24,088 nt of DNA from a virus (taxonomy: Duplodnaviria; Caudoviricetes): positions 1 through 24,088 of the IMG/VR virus record IMGVR_UViG_3300032332_000069; one strand, 5' to 3'. The notes beneath the pieces were generated by a model. It was not told where the DNA came from. It saw nothing but the letters and a program-made list of their open reading frames with translations, and made no database searches. Within the stretch, counting starts at the first letter, position 1, and each line of letters begins with the position of its first letter. Position numbers and translations under genes: made by a program. Below, in pieces: positions 23,831 through 24,088 of this stretch.

Positions 23831-24088
23831 ATGACAACTTATCAATGGGTAATTAATGAGCTTTCAACGGCTCCAAGTGAAGATGGCTTAACTGACGTTG
23901 TAAAAGTAGTTCACTATACTAGAACGGCTGAACAATTTGTAGGTGGCGAACCTATATTAGTATCAAGTTACGGAACAATGGGTTGCACTACTCCTTCAAG
24001 TACGGACTTCACGGCTTATCCTGATTTAACCTACGAGCAAGTTTGCGGATGGTTAGATAGTGGCTTAGATGTTCCGGCAATAGACCTA
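23831..24088 (+). CDS. Tail-fibre-associated hypothetical protein, truncated by the window end (MTTYQWVINELSTAPSEDGLTDVVKVVHY...)
   Basis: Open to the end of the window; F..Y.DLT.EQV.GW motif recalled from genes after tail fibres in aquatic phages. An in-frame upstream ATG exists at 23762. Confidence 0.75.
   Translation, partial: MTTYQWVINELSTAPSEDGLTDVVKVVHYTRTAEQFVGGEPILVSSYGTMGCTTPSSTDFTAYPDLTYEQVCGWLDSGLDVPAIDL

Larger units (their letters stand above)
1..24088 (+). mobile_element. Tailed bacteriophage (Caudoviricetes, siphovirus-type, HK97-like head) genome segment, probable Bacteroidota host
   Basis: Co-oriented replication/recombination, terminase, portal, protease, capsid, neck, tail tube, tape measure and tail fibre genes. 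No host housekeeping genes. TAnnTTTG promoters and no SD sequences. Confidence 0.96.

Overview
The window is a 24-kb, AT-rich (roughly one-third GC by eye) segment of a tailed dsDNA phage genome with HK97-fold head and siphovirus-type tail genes. All credible genes are on the + strand. Order: small early genes, stand-alone DnaA domain IV protein, ERF annealase, SSB-like protein, HTH, DUF4373-type replication initiator with internal iterons, NinG, ParB-methyltransferase, terminase, portal, two inserted genes (one ferritin-like), Mu-F/gp7-like protein, prohead protease, major capsid, neck, tail tube, tail chaperones, tape measure, tail tip, a second tail-tube-like gene, and a tail fibre with an S74 chaperone. 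TAnnTTTG promoters and A-rich starts lacking Shine-Dalgarno sequences point to a Bacteroidota host. No integrase, lysis genes, tRNA or CRISPR were seen. Most unusual signals: (1) window-wide, frame-independent enrichment of GCCGG/CCGGC (about 41 of about 42 CCGG sites by hand count) with near-absence of GCCAG/CTGGC; (2) a kissing-loop, terminator-like RNA leader in front of the replication initiator; (3) a DnaA box in a promoter spacer right after the DnaA-IV gene; (4) a tail-chaperone frameshift needing +1/-2 rather than -1. All family names come from motif recognition, and all counts are manual; no database searches were run.
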